Assembly: GCA_009103225.1 (NCBI GenBank)
Contig: RHPI01000810.1
Span: 310,001 to 374,000, forward strand
Source of the DNA: Chlorokybus atmophyticus
Taxonomy: Eukaryota > Plantae > Mesostigma and Chlorokybus algae
Direction of reading: 5' to 3'
Length of the DNA: 64,000 bases
Below the pieces are notes generated by a model. The model worked only from the letters and a program-made list of their open reading frames with translations, searched no databases and was not told the origin of the DNA. The position numbers were made by a program, and so were the translations under genes. This document shows, piece by piece, positions 37,793 through 50,621 of this stretch; the stretch's first letter is position 1; each line of letters begins with the position of its first letter.

Positions 37793-40700
37793 CTAGGAGC
37801 TTGAGGAGGGCCTCCTCGCAACAATACCGATGGACATCAACATAGTGTTAGGTATAAAGCACAACATGAGCAAGCTGCTCGGCCGCCTTGCTACGTGATA
37901 CAATGCATGCAGGATTTGGGTCGTAGCGGTAGGGCGCAGTTTTTGTGGTTTACACAAGCATGAGCACAGAGTGTATAGCCCAGTGGTTGTGTTATAATGT
38001 GCTTGCATGCTGTTGGGCATGCTGTGAGTGATGTCATGTCAACAACTACTGGCAGCATATCCTGTATATATGCAAGTAGCTCAGCCACTAATTACTGAAG
38101 GGCATGCTTACCGACACAGGGCAGTAGGAGTAGAGGTAGCGTAGTGATGTTATTAGCCCAGTGGTTGTGCATGCGGCATGGAATTGCGTGGGGTGTGTTG
38201 CATGCCATGCATGGCGTGTAAAATGCATGCTTACAACAGCCTCGTGCTTATCCTGTACATTTACCTGATACTTGCAGCTGATGTGCAGTTCAGCACATGG
38301 GATGTTGAAAGCGGCCTCTATGACAGCATCTACGTACAGAAGTTCTGCTGCAGAACGAAACACAAGCCACTGACCAACACATCAACAACAACATATGTAC
38401 AGTTTGTCCAAATGCAGGTAGCACCCCATAATTGCCACCGGCTGCACGAAGTATGCCTGTGCCGAAAACTCACACGCGCACACACTTGTTGCAGCGCGGT
38501 CTCTGCAGAGGTAGCTCTGGGAGGTCGTTGACAAGCAACTTCTGCAGCCTATGTCCCTGACATATGCGATAGTAAAGCAACTCCTTTTGGCACTCAACCT
38601 ACGTCACTGGCTACACTTCAGGATGGTTTTGCACACCAACCCTGCACAGCAACCCACTCAAGTCAGTGCTGCGCAAGATTGGCTGTCTAGGCTGCACAGG
38701 AAGTCCCTGTCAGAAACAGCTGTGAGAACACGCGCAGACATTGCAACGACATATGCAACTTCAGAAGCATTGCACACCAATAGCCAATTCATTATGTCAT
38801 CAGCATATACCTTTCTACGCATGCCGGCAGACAGCCTTAGTGCACGGCAGTTGGATTGGTCGATAGCTTGCGAGCAAGCTCAGCTTGTGCGTCAACAGCA
38901 GCTTCAAGGCCAGCAGCAAGCACGTCATTCGGCATGACAGCCTTGGCAAGTTGCGCTTCAAGAGCGCGCACCTTGTCAAACCAGCTTACGTAAGCAACAG
39001 CGGCAAAACTTATCGGTGCGTAAGCAAAGGACCGCCCTGAAGGGACTGCAGGTTGCATACCTGTGCGGTCAGCTGTTCAATGCGTGGGTCTACAAGTCTT
39101 GCCGTGGAGGGAGCGGGGGCCTGGGAGGCAGCCAAGTCTGTTTGTGACGAGGAGTCTTGCGCTTGGGCTTCACGCTGTTGCACACGCTGATTGTGCAGCG
39201 CCGCCGCACGGCGCCGCGCCTCCATGAGCAGAGCGCTACCATCTACTTGGGAAGTCTGCACAACGGACGCATAATTTGCAAAGAGGCAAGGCGGCGAAGA
39301 TGGTACAGGCGGGCCAGTGTGTCTACTGTCAACTACCATGCTTGCATATGCGCTCATCAATGGCTCGCACCTGGGGTTGTTTGTCCAGCTGAGACTTGAG
39401 CGCCTCATTGGTCGCCTTTTCCGCAAGCACCTGGGCCTGCAATGCTGCAATTTCAGCTTGGGCTTCATTGACAGGACCAAACTCTTGACGCCACATTTGC
39501 AGCTCTTCTTCAGATACTGCCCGGCCTTGAGACCCTTCCATGGCCCGCACTTGCGCCAATGCAACCTCCGCACGCCGGCTGGCATCATCCAGCTGCCGCC
39601 GCTCGGATGCAAGCTGCGCTCGGAGTTCAGCAACCTCAGCCTGCGCCTCATTGAGTGGAGCCAGCGCATCCTGCCGCCATGCGTCTATTTCCTCTGGAGA
39701 CATGGAGAGACCCGCAGCGCTCTCAAGTGCACGAGCCTGGCCTATGGCTGTGTCTGCACGCACATTGGCCTCGTCGCGCTGCTGAACCAAAGCCGCAACC
39801 TCTGCTGCCAACTCCGCTGCGCGCCATTGTGCCTCCACTAGAGGTGTCCGCAACTCCTCGCGCAAAGCAACTGTGTCTGTAAGGAATGTCATGTCACACG
39901 CACTGTACTTATGAGGGCAGTGCGTAGCAGGCATTACCAATGGCAGCACCAGTACCTGCTTCTGAAAGAGAGCGCGCAAGCTGCACCTCCAGGCTGCGAA
40001 TCTGCTGTGCATGCAAGTCCTCTTGTGCACCAGTCTGGGGAACGGCTTCTACTTCCGCCTGAAGCTTTTGCACCTTTGCCCACAACTCGTTAATCAGTTC
40101 CGCAGACTCCGAAGGGGCAGGTTCAGCTTCAGCCTTTGCCTCCAACTCGGACTGCAGCTGTGCAACCTGTCGCATGCAACCATCAGCTTGCATGTAAGGC
40201 AATGCAACATGGGAAGTAAGATGTAGCAGCACTCATTCAACTTAGGTTAACGAGTAGAAGCAGTTTGGCACCTGTTCCTTCGATGCATGCAGCTCAGAGT
40301 TGCGCTTTGCCAGCTCCAGCAGGTTTTCGTCAGCCTGCTGACTTGCTGTGTTGACCAACGCCATGAGCTCTATTTCTCGGGGCGTCAGGTCTTCTCTGTC
40401 GAAGACCGCATCCCGCAAGACTCCCTTCAGCACAGTAACAAGCTCGCTCCTGTCGACCAGTGCCCCTCGGTCTCCCTGAGCGCTTCCAGGCCGTTGACCG
40501 CTCCTCTTTTTGCTGCCAGCTTTGGTCTTCTGCTTGAACGCAACACAGAGGTCAGTACAGCAAGACAACCTGACGCCGGCTTTCAGCTACGTAGCACACA
40601 TGCAAAAGAAACCAAGGGGGCACGGCATGCATGCTGAGTTGGTGTAGGTGAAACTAGACCATTCTAAAGCTAACCTGTGCTGTCATCTGCTCCAGCAACG

Positions 40701-41570
40701 CCTTGACGCGTGAAGCCAGGTCAGCACCGCCATGCTCGTTGTGGCTGCTGTTGTTAGACGCTGAAGCCGCTTTTATCACCGTGGCGGCATGCTGCCTTGT
40801 TGCCTTGAGAGCGGAAGCGTGCTGGCCACGCTGCTGGGCAGAAAGCAGCATGAACCACAAGCATGAGGCAGCTCCAGTATGCGCACAGCAATCAGCAGCA
40901 GCAGCAGCAGCAGCAGCTGCAGCTGCTGCTTAAAGAATCATGCAGGCCTAAAACGCAGAATGCCCACTGAGGTCGACCGCTTCGAAGCACCATCAGGTAA
41001 TTATACTAACTGCATTGTCTGCTTTCTCACGCAGTGCTGTTAGTACTTGGACGCACCTGTGGCTTTACACTCTTCGCGGTCCATGCCGCCCCAGCGAGCG
41101 CCACCGACGTCCCAGCCGCCGCCGCCGCCGCCATCGGGGTTGTTTGGCAAGACAACCTTCGCCGGCTGCGAATCACGGCTTATCATCGTCTTCATCTTGT
41201 TGTCATTAATGCTGAGTCCCATGTGAAGAGGATCATTTGCAGAGGATGTAAATTCTGATCGGGACACTCTAACCAGGACTGAATCTTATGAGGCTCTGCA
41301 GCCGTCGGATGGCTGGCGCCTTTGCCTAACGTTAGCTGCCTACGCAAGCCTGCGCGCGGCGGCGGCAGGGGCGGTGTCGGCGGCGTCTGCGGGCGGCGTT
41401 GTGGGTCGTGGCGGTCGGATTTACGTGACACTGTACTCGGTGGTTCCTTGTCTTTAGAGGCGTGGTGGCTGTCGGTGTCCGTGTGTGACGGATTTGGGTG
41501 CCCTAGATGTCGGAGCATGTAGGCTCCTCTCCCAGCGCCATGCCGCAGCGATGATTGCGCAACAACCATG
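37793..41570 (-). CDS. Hypothetical long coiled-coil protein, multi-exon; 3' end uncertain (38837 or further left)
   Basis: Exons with heptad-like A/E/Q/L composition (e.g. 39329-39880, 39909-40170, 40242-40540) bounded by GT/AG. Coding-like segments continue to about 37800. No family recognised. Confidence 0.5.
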
Positions 41571-42059
41571 AGCGGACGCCAGCTCCCTTTTGGTGTCAAG
41601 CCGGAGCGTCATCCCGCTTGGAACGGTGAAGGCGTCGGTCCAGCTAGCTTGGGTAAGGGCTCATCGCGTAGCAATCTCAGCAGCAACAAGCATGCTTGCT
41701 TTGCAAAATTGTGCCGGCTGGCAAGTTTTTTGAGAGCAGTGGCGCACAGTTGGTCCGATTGTTGGGACGCTGGATCTGTATGCAAGCCACACTCAACTCA
41801 AGGCACAACTTCAGCACATCAAGCAATTGAAGGCTTGTAGACGTCCTTCAATTGTCTATAGTTTTGCAGCGCTTCACCTTAGGTAGGGCCATTTGCATGC
41901 GCGCTTGGTACATTGAAGTGGCAGCATGTTTGTAGCGCAGTTTCCATGCGTCATTGCACATTTCATTGGTAAGCATGTAGGAGTCAACAGCAGCTGACAG
42001 GGCTTGATTTAGCTTGCTGTGCGCAGGCTGCCTGAGCTTTGTCGGGTCAGCCGGGCCCT

Positions 42060-45000
42060 ATGGATGATTTGGAACGGGCCGTGCTGTTCAGTTTAGACCA
42101 CAGCGGAGCAGTTGACCCTGCATTGCAGCAGCGCGCTCTGCTGTACTGCCAAGAAGCCCGAGCGTCGCCTGGTGCCATCGGGTTGTGCATTGAGCGAATA
42201 CCCCGCGCCTCGCATCCGGCTGTACGCTTCTGGTGCCTTCAGACCCTGCAGGAGCTTCTGCCTGCTCGCTACTCGTCTCTAAGTGATGCCGAGCGATCCC
42301 AATTGCAAACATGTCTGCTTCGCTGGATACAGGTTTGGCTGAAGCCATGCTTGCACTGCGCGACTTGGCAGTGGGAACTCATGAGTATATTCTGACTCAT
42401 GTGTGCAGTGCCATTTAGCATTGAGCAACACCATCTTGAAAGCATGGTTTTGTTCTGTTGGTTTCAGGATGAGCGCAGTCTATGTCAGCCCTTGGGAGTG
42501 GAGGTACAGGACGCGACACTGGAGCAGGAGCACGCTCCTGCCTATGTGCGGAATAAGCTTGCACAAGTCTTTGCCACAGTAGTTGGTATTGATTACCCTG
42601 AAAGATGGCCTGCAGTATTTTTGGATCTTGCCGGTGGCGCTGTGCGCACAGCATTCGCTGCGGACATGTTCTGCCGCGCCATGATGGCAGTTGACGATGA
42701 GATCATTGCTGTTGACCCGCGGGTTGGCATGAGAGTGAAGGTATGCTGTGGCTTTCTGCCAAGTTATTGCTGACTATGACATAGGCACCATGAGGTTTGG
42801 TATATCCAACTGCCAACTGACTTGCTGTTACTCATCCAATGTTTGCAGGATGCCATCCGGGAGCAATGCGTTATGCAGGTGTTGGATGCGTGGTACACAC
42901 TTCTCTCACAGTACCACACCATGTTGCCAGACCTGGCTGGTCAAGTGCTCCAAACCATGCAGGTACCGCAGCTGCAGCAGTACCTCCGCTGCATCATGCT
43001 TGTGATGGCAGATACTGGACTGATAGATGATGCTATCATCACTTACACTAGATATCTGTGTCGCAGCGCTACATATCTTGGATGGACATAAACTTGATCG
43101 CCAGCGATCGCTTCATGGTGCTGCTGTTCCAATTCTTGTCCGCCAGCCATGTGAAGTTGCGCATAGGTGCCTGCGACTGTTTGATGGAGGTGGTTGGGAA
43201 ACGCATGGATGCCATCTCGAAGTTGGCTATGCTTCAAAGGCTACAGATGGCGTCACTTTGTTCAAGGTAAGCGCGTGCTAGTCCTGTCAGTGCGAACTTT
43301 GCACATGGATGATGATACGTTGGTCGCAGGATGCCTGCAGTTCAAGATCTAGAAACAGCTCAGAGGCTAACCTTGCTGATAACGGAGCTTGCTCAAGAGG
43401 TTTTGGACTGTGAAAAGGTAGCTCTCGCGTGTGCGTAGAGTTGTGTTCACTGCAATACTGATGCATATCATGCTGCGACTTAACTGCACAAATGTTGCTG
43501 ATGTCGCATGATTTGTGCAGCACCTGGATGCAGATGTCACCCAGCAGGCTGCTGCCGTTGCTGCAAACAATGTGAATAGCATGCTGGAGGAGTTGTTCCC
43601 TGGCATACTCTTCATGATGGAACATGTTGACGATGAAGTGTCATCGTCAACATTTCAGGTGCGCCACTGTGTTGCAGTTCTGCAGCATTGATGTTATTGT
43701 TGTCTGCTGGCGTGTAGTGACTTGTTACACGCTTGCAGTTTCTTCAATCTTATGCAACCAAGCTCAAGAAAGACGGCTCAGTCTCCGCAGTGCAAGCAGA
43801 GCATATGGCCAAGACGTTGGTGGTCTTGGGGAAAAGAATGCGCTACCAAGAACCCTATGATACCCTTTTAAATGAGGTGAACACCCAAAGATTACTTGAG
43901 CGGGGTGCCATGGTGCTGTGTTGTATTGATGTATTGTGTGTGATGCATATAGATCTATGCTGTGCATGTTGGAGTTGGATATAACGAGACTGAGAGGAAT
44001 GATTGCTGTGCAGCCTGACAATCGTAGGGCAGAAGATTATGATGAAGAGTTTCAGGAGTACCGAAGGACGCTGTTTACGCTTTTGCGAAATATATCGCGT
44101 GTTATTCCAGATATCACTCGTTCCTTTGTACAGTCCAACCTCACAGCGGTCTTGTCTACCCCAGACAGCAGTGCGCGCGATGTTGAGGCCGCTATCATGT
44201 TATTGTACCAGCTTGGTGAAGGCATGGCAGAGGAGGCCCTCAAAGCTGGAAGTGGCGCGCTTGCAGACATGGTTGGAGCGCTTGTGAGTGCAACAGTGCC
44301 ATGCCACATCCACCGACTGGTCGCAGCTGTGTATCTGGAAACGGTGGTGCGCTATGTCCGGTTCTTGCAGCAGCAGCCTCAGTACATACCTGGCGTTCTA
44401 GCAGTGTTTTTGGATTCACGTGGGCTGCGCCATGCGCATTCCAGCGTCCGCAGCCGCGGCGGCTACTTGTTCATGCGGTTGGTTAAGACCCTGCGGCAGC
44501 AGTTGCGGCCCTATGCAGAGCAGATCTTCAAGGAGTTGCAGCTGCTGATAGAACAAGGCTTCTCAGCTGCCTCCAGCGCCAAGGCCAGGGCCGCTGAGCT
44601 TGATGAACGCATATACGTCTTTGAAGCGCTTGGGTTGTTGGCAGGAATGGATGACCTTCCAGAAGAGCGGCAAAGTGCATATGTGGCATCCATCTTGGTC
44701 CCGTTGTGCAGCCAGATGGACCGGCTCCTGACGGAGAGCACACTTGACCAGGCTGGTTCTGCAGGAGCTGTGCAGCTGCTGCAGAGCATCATACTGGCTA
44801 CAACTTCTCTCAGCAAAGGTTTTGGTGAACAGCTAGCAACGGGAAAACCCAAAGTGGGCAACTTGTTCAGGCAGGCACTAGAGCAAGTCTTGAGGGTTCT
44901 GCAGACGTTGCCGCAAGTGAAGGCTCTGCGAGGCAAAGTGATCTCCTTTGTCCACCGCATGGTAGACTGTTTGGGAACCTCCTTGTTTCCTTATCTCCCC

Positions 45001-46044
45001 GTGGCTATCCAGCAGTTGCTGTTGGATTCGGAAGTGCGAGATGTCCTGGAGTTCATTCAGCTCATGAATCAGATCATGAGCAAGTTCAAGGCCGCAATTC
45101 TTCCCATTGTGCAAGAACTCTTGCCAGCAGTTGTCAGCCGCGTGTATGCGCTCTTGCCACCAGTTATGTCCTCTCAGGCGAGTTTCATACGCACATTGTT
45201 GGCTGAACATTGCCGCAGGTGCGCTTTGGGTCACTCAATGCTTTATTGTTGCACAGGTGTACATGAGCAACGCTGAAGAAGCTCGTGAAAGCAGAGAGTT
45301 GCAGCGCGGATACTTCACCTTTCTCAGCACCATTGCCGCCAATGATTTGCTTCCGGTTTTTCTGACAGAGCCCATAGTCGCCACCATTTTCCCAAACGTG
45401 ACTGCTATGTTGTTGCAAGGCGCAGCAACACATCCGGATCCCGCTGTTCGCAAGACGTGCGTTACCATCTTTGCCAGATTCATTGCAGAATGGTGCCCAG
45501 GCCCTGGGCAGCCTGAACAGTTGCCTGGTTTCAAGCGGTACGCCATCGAGGAGTTTGCTACCAAGTGCTGTGTACAAAGCCCATTTGCGGCAGATTTTGA
45601 CTTCCATGACGCAAACACGGTACGTCACTGACCATCTGTTGCTACCAGCACTGTCCCCATTGCATCTGCTAAGTGGTTTTGGGTGCTTATCATGCAATTG
45701 TTGCTGCTGCAGCTGTCTCTTCTTGGGGAGTTGGCTAGCGTACATAAGCTGCTGTACCAGAAATGCGGGGAGGAGTACCTCCAGCACCTTGTCACCTCAG
45801 CATTGCCTGCTGTCAACTGCCCGCCTGCACTTGCCACCCAATATGCTGTCAGCGTACAGGTATGTGCCAGCAGATGGGTCATCGGTGCTTGGGTTGCTAT
45901 GCTATGGTGCGTTTTGTGTACAGCTGTTGACGTTCAGATGCGATACAGACGGCGGATCTCAAGGACCTGCGACGCTTTATGCAACATGTTTCCGAACAGA
46001 CAAGACCGCAAGCAAATGGCACAACGTCAGTGGCACCATCATAA
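42060..46044 (+). CDS. XPOT: Exportin-T (PAUSED/Los1), tRNA export receptor, multi-exon
   Basis: MDDLERAVLFSLDHSGAVDPAL...VRFWCLQTLQE; YVRNKLAQVF...DYPERWP; QRYISWMDINLI; GLRHAHSSVRSRGGYLFMRLVK; EEARESRELQRGYFTFL; last exon TADLKDLRRFMQ...*. Confidence 0.93.
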
Positions 46045-48084
46045 CACTAGTTACGCACATCGTGTACTAGGCGCGATGTGCGTCGGGTGTAGTTCGGTAC
46101 CATGTTGACTGTTGTTGTGGAGAGGCAAGATAGGGAGGGTCAATTAGCATCTGGCGGTGCTGGTTGTAGGAGATATGGCAACTGTGCACCTGGCTTGGAG
46201 TCGTTGCAATCCTACTGTCACATTGTGGGAGAGGTTGTGGGCTTTCTGTGCTCACTCATTGTCTACGGTTGATGTGGTGTGTTATACTATATGTAGCTAG
46301 TGCTGTCATGCTTGTCGCCTAGGGGCTAGGGCTAGTTCATGGTTGGACATAATTTGCTGTTCTGTCCAGTTTTTGGGTGTCACATTTGGGTGTCACATTG
46401 CTCTGGCATGTATGCGTGTTTGACATTATGTAGTTCCTCTGTTGTTCGCAATGTGCATGCGGTGTTGGTGACGTCAGCGTCGTCTCAAAACTCCACTATA
46501 GAAGAGGCAGGCTGAGCGCAGTGCAAGCTTGCCTTTGCAATAATTATGCAATTGCCGCAACAAGACAGGTAGTCGCAGGTTAAAGCATTGATATCATTGC
46601 TATTGCTGTAGTTGAGAGAGGTGACGGTGGCAACTATGTTATGGCTGGTGTGTCTTAATGCGCCATCAACATTGCGAGGCTTCAGCATCATGCTCTCCAC
46701 ATCAACTAAGGTTGTGACTGTTGCGTGCACGAGCTTGCAGATGCAACGCATAGATTGCAGCGCAATTGCCGTTATACGTTGCGGCATGTTGGCTCGCACA
46801 AATTCCATCACTTATCACATCACAAAGTATACTATAGTGCAATGCCATGTGTAGAATGAATACAATTTGATGTGTATGCTCAAGCATTTGGGCTAGCCCC
46901 AAGCTCGTGGTATGTTGTGCATGCTATGTGCCAATCACACTCACTTACCCTCGTCAATGGTGAAGTGGCGAGCGCCACACATCCATAGAGCTCGCACACC
47001 TGAGCACCCCACCCCCGAATCACCTTGACATAGAGCGCCACGATGAGAATGAAACATGACAATCAACTGGCAGACAGCAAATAACTATCGCTGCGAAAAT
47101 GCAACTTGCAATGGCAATTTGAGGAAAACAGCGGGTCACCTTATAATGACAATGGTATCAATCATTAATCAGACTTGTGTTCGCATAACATTGTCCAACT
47201 TTTCACAATACTTTATTTAACAATAATAATAACAGAATTCATAACCAAATTGAGAATTGTATGTGTCACTGACTTGGCAAGTTGCCTTTCAATCTTTACA
47301 TAATTGATAAATGCATTGATCTCAATTCTCAATAACATCACATATTTATGTTTGTGTGGCTGATGCATCCATGCGAACTGTATACGCACTCGGTGGTTGT
47401 GTGTGTAGCGTTAAAGTAAGTTGCATGTGCTGATGTAATATTGGTTGTATGTCATATGCATGCGGAATTGCACATTGCTGTACATAAATATGTACAGCAA
47501 TGTGCATTATACAAGTATATGTACACTTTGCATAGATGCAACACACACATATTGCGAAAACGAGAATTATCTGATAACGAGTTGCATCGTAGCGGTTTGC
47601 ACGATTACCATTAATAATATTTGTGCATAAGTGATCACTTGAACACATCCATAAATGCATTGCCTAAATCTTCAGTGCTATATGTTATGCATAATACAAG
47701 CATTGTGGCTAGCTATGACAGCTTGCATAAGATACAAGTCATAGAGCCAAGCAACCAGCACAACACATTGAAAGCTCAACACATTGCATGTAGATTTAAC
47801 TTTATGTTGCTCTCGATTTATTCATTCCTGATTTAGGTTAAAGCAATGAAAAAGCAGTCACAATTGCTGACCTTCAACTCACACAGATTAAGTGTAGTGA
47901 TTGAACGTAGCATTGCACATTCCAAAAACGCGCATTGGTGTGAGGCTGTAGTAATAATTACAATGTAGAACTTATGTTACACGCATTGTCGTGCGTCAAC
48001 GGTGCACCAACATGGCATTGGCATTGGCTGTTGATTATCAGCACACGTATTCCTATACTGGCGGTCTGAGTCTCCCAACAAGAG

Positions 48085-48098
48085 ATTGGCGCCAAAAT
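48085..48098. promoter_or_regulatory. E2F-type site ATTGGCGCCAAAAT upstream of PSF1
   Basis: Ends 36 bp before the PSF1 ATG; same core as the DCC1 site. Confidence 0.6.
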
Positions 48099-48133
48099 GC
48101 CCCACTGCCCTCACGGGTGTGTGTGCCGCAGGG

Positions 48134-49360
48134 ATGTTCGGGGCGGCGGCAGCGGAGCTGGTGGGCGAGGCCAGGAGAAGCGAGACAGGCCAGGTACCGC
48201 CCTACAACGCCGGACTCGTGCTGGAGGCTCTCAAGGCTGTCACAGCGCACCACAGGCGAGTCAGTCAGCCACTCGCTAGCTGGCTGCCTTGGCCTGGCCT
48301 GCTTGCCTGCTTGCCTGCTTGCCGGTTTGTGACTTCGTTGCCGAATGCCCTATCAGAGCTAACATAGTCTCGTAAATGGTCAATACACGTTCGCTTGATG
48401 TTTGGCCTGCTTGTCATGGTGCTGCCTTTTCATAGTTGCGTAGTGTTGAAGTGCGAAGGAAGGGAGAAACCGACAGAGATAGAAATTATGATACGGCTGT
48501 GTGGGTGCCAAATTGTGTGTGGTTGTCTTTGCAGGGAGATTCAGGCGCTACTCGAGTCCATCCGGTCGCGAGAGGTCGAGTATGAGAACGCCGACACCGC
48601 CGAGGCGGCCGCCGTCCTCATCCACCACGACGCCCTCCTCCGCAATAAGCGCTGCCTCCTCGGCTACCACATGCACAGGGTAACACGTAACAGCTTGTTA
48701 GCAGCTGTCAAGGCCTGGCTGCTGCCGGCCACTATCCTCGCATTTGTCCGCACTCGTGGTTGCCATTTGGTTGTTTGCTCAACTCAGCTATCAGCTGGAT
48801 ATATATACATATATACATATATATATACACAACGCACGCACTTAGACACACAGCTTGGCAGCTGCCAAGCTGAAGTACGTGTGCACGGTAGTTGTAGTGT
48901 AAGCTTACAAGTAGCAAGTTGGCAGTGCATATAATATATGTATATACATATATATATGTATACATATACATATACAACGCACGCACTTAGACACACAGCT
49001 TAGCAGCTGCCAAGCTGAAGTACGTGTGCACGCTAGTGTAAGCTTACAAGTAGCAAGTTGGCAGTGCATATAATATATGTATATACATATATATATGTAT
49101 ACATATACATATACAACGCACGCACTTAGACACACAGCTTAGCAGCTGCCAAGCTGAAGTACGTGTGCANNNNNNNNNNNNNNNNNNNNNNNNNNNNNNN
49201 NNNNNNNNNNNNNNNNNNNNNNNNNNNNNNNNNNNNNNNNNNNNNNNNNNNNNNNNNNNNNNNNNNNNNNNNNNNNNNNNNNNNNNNNNNNNNNNNNNNN
49301 NNNNNNNNNNNNNNNNNNNNNNNNNNNNNNNNNNNNNNNNNNNNNNNNNNNNNNNNNNNN

Positions 49361-49398
<38 letters not shown>

Positions 49399-49991
49399 AC
49401 ACACACAACGCACGCACTTAGACACACAGCTTGGCAGCTGCCAAGCTGGTGTACGCGTGCACGCTAGTTGTAGTGTAAGCTTGCAAGTAGCAAGTAGGCA
49501 GTGCGATGGTCTTGGAGTTGAGTACCAGTGTGGGTTGTCCAAACCGTAGGTGGACACGCTGAGGGAGTTGAGGTGGCAGCTGGGTTCGGCGCTTCCGGAG
49601 CATGTGGAGGCTAACACGTGCGAGGCAGAGCGCGAGTTCTATACGAGCTATGATCGCATACTCGCCGAGTATATGCGCGACGCCAGCGCTGGTGGCATCG
49701 GCCTTGACCTCACCCTTGATGCCACTCCCCCCAAAGACCCCCACATCGAGGTAATGGACGCTAACAAGATCCATTAACATGTTTACCACAAATATTAAAC
49801 ATCGCTTCAGTGATTGTTGTGTTCATGTTGCGCTATCGTGCTGTGGACAGGTGCGTGTGCTCGAGGAGGCAGGAGAAGTTTTCAGCCAGGAAAAGGGGAC
49901 TGTGCACCTGGAAGCGGGAACGGTGCATTTCCTCAGGCGCGACGAGGTGGAACCTCTCATTGCTCAGGGATTGTTGGAGCACTGTTCTTGA
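48134..49991 (+). CDS. PSF1: GINS complex subunit PSF1 (4 exons)
   Basis: MFGAAAAELV...PPYN; HHDALLRNKRCLLGY; LRWQLGSALP...EREFYTSY; LDLTLDATPPKDPHIE|VRVLEEAGEV...VHFLRRDEVEPLIAQGLLEH. Confidence 0.94.
48799..49504. repeat. Intronic minisatellite of about 139-145 bp, at least 4 copies, with (TA)n tracts and a 22-bp palindrome; interrupted by an N gap
   Basis: caacgcacgcacttagacac at 48830, 48975, 49114 and 49406. Confidence 0.9.
49170..49360. other. Assembly gap (191 N)
   Basis: Run of n inside PSF1 intron 2. Confidence 0.99.
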
Positions 49992-50621
49992 TAGACTTGA
50001 TGCGTGGCTCTATGCTTACATGAAGCATGCAAACAAACATGGCAATTCGCCAGTAGTAGACTTGGCTGGCAATATGCAGGGCCACGTACATATGTTGGAG
50101 TATGTGTGGGCCAGCCTGGGTACACACAAAATGCTGCTTGCAGCTGGCGTGTTAAGTCCTATCAATACCAGAAGGTGCCAGTAGTCTGGTGGCACAAAAC
50201 AGCAGCTGTACCTTGTATAGATAGTGTTTGGTCCAATAGAGTACTACAGTAAATATGTGCTAGTATGCAATGAACTTCACACAACATCATTTGCTGTCTT
50301 GCGTTGTGCTGTGCAAACTGCGGCTTTTTCTGCTGCACTACATGCTCTTTCAAGAAGAGATGGTATCACAGACAGTGGTTTTGTGCCATTTGAAGTAGCC
50401 CAGTGGCAGCAACCTGTACAACTGCAGGACAGGTGCGGTGAGTATCATGGTAGCGTACACTGCCCGATACCGTACAAGCACATTGCGGTAATGGCATTTG
50501 AACACATGCAGGCATATTGCGGTAACATAAGGTACACATACGTACGTGCATCTCATGCGCAGTTTGTGCACGCGCCAAGACACTCCCACTGCCAAGGCTG
50601 CATATGACTGCTAAGTCATCA

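Noticed and set aside
46485-47900. Possible small gene or ncRNA between XPOT and PSF1
   Set aside because: Short ORFs and one gtaag donor-like site, but no recognisable product or structured RNA motif; AT-rich spacer.
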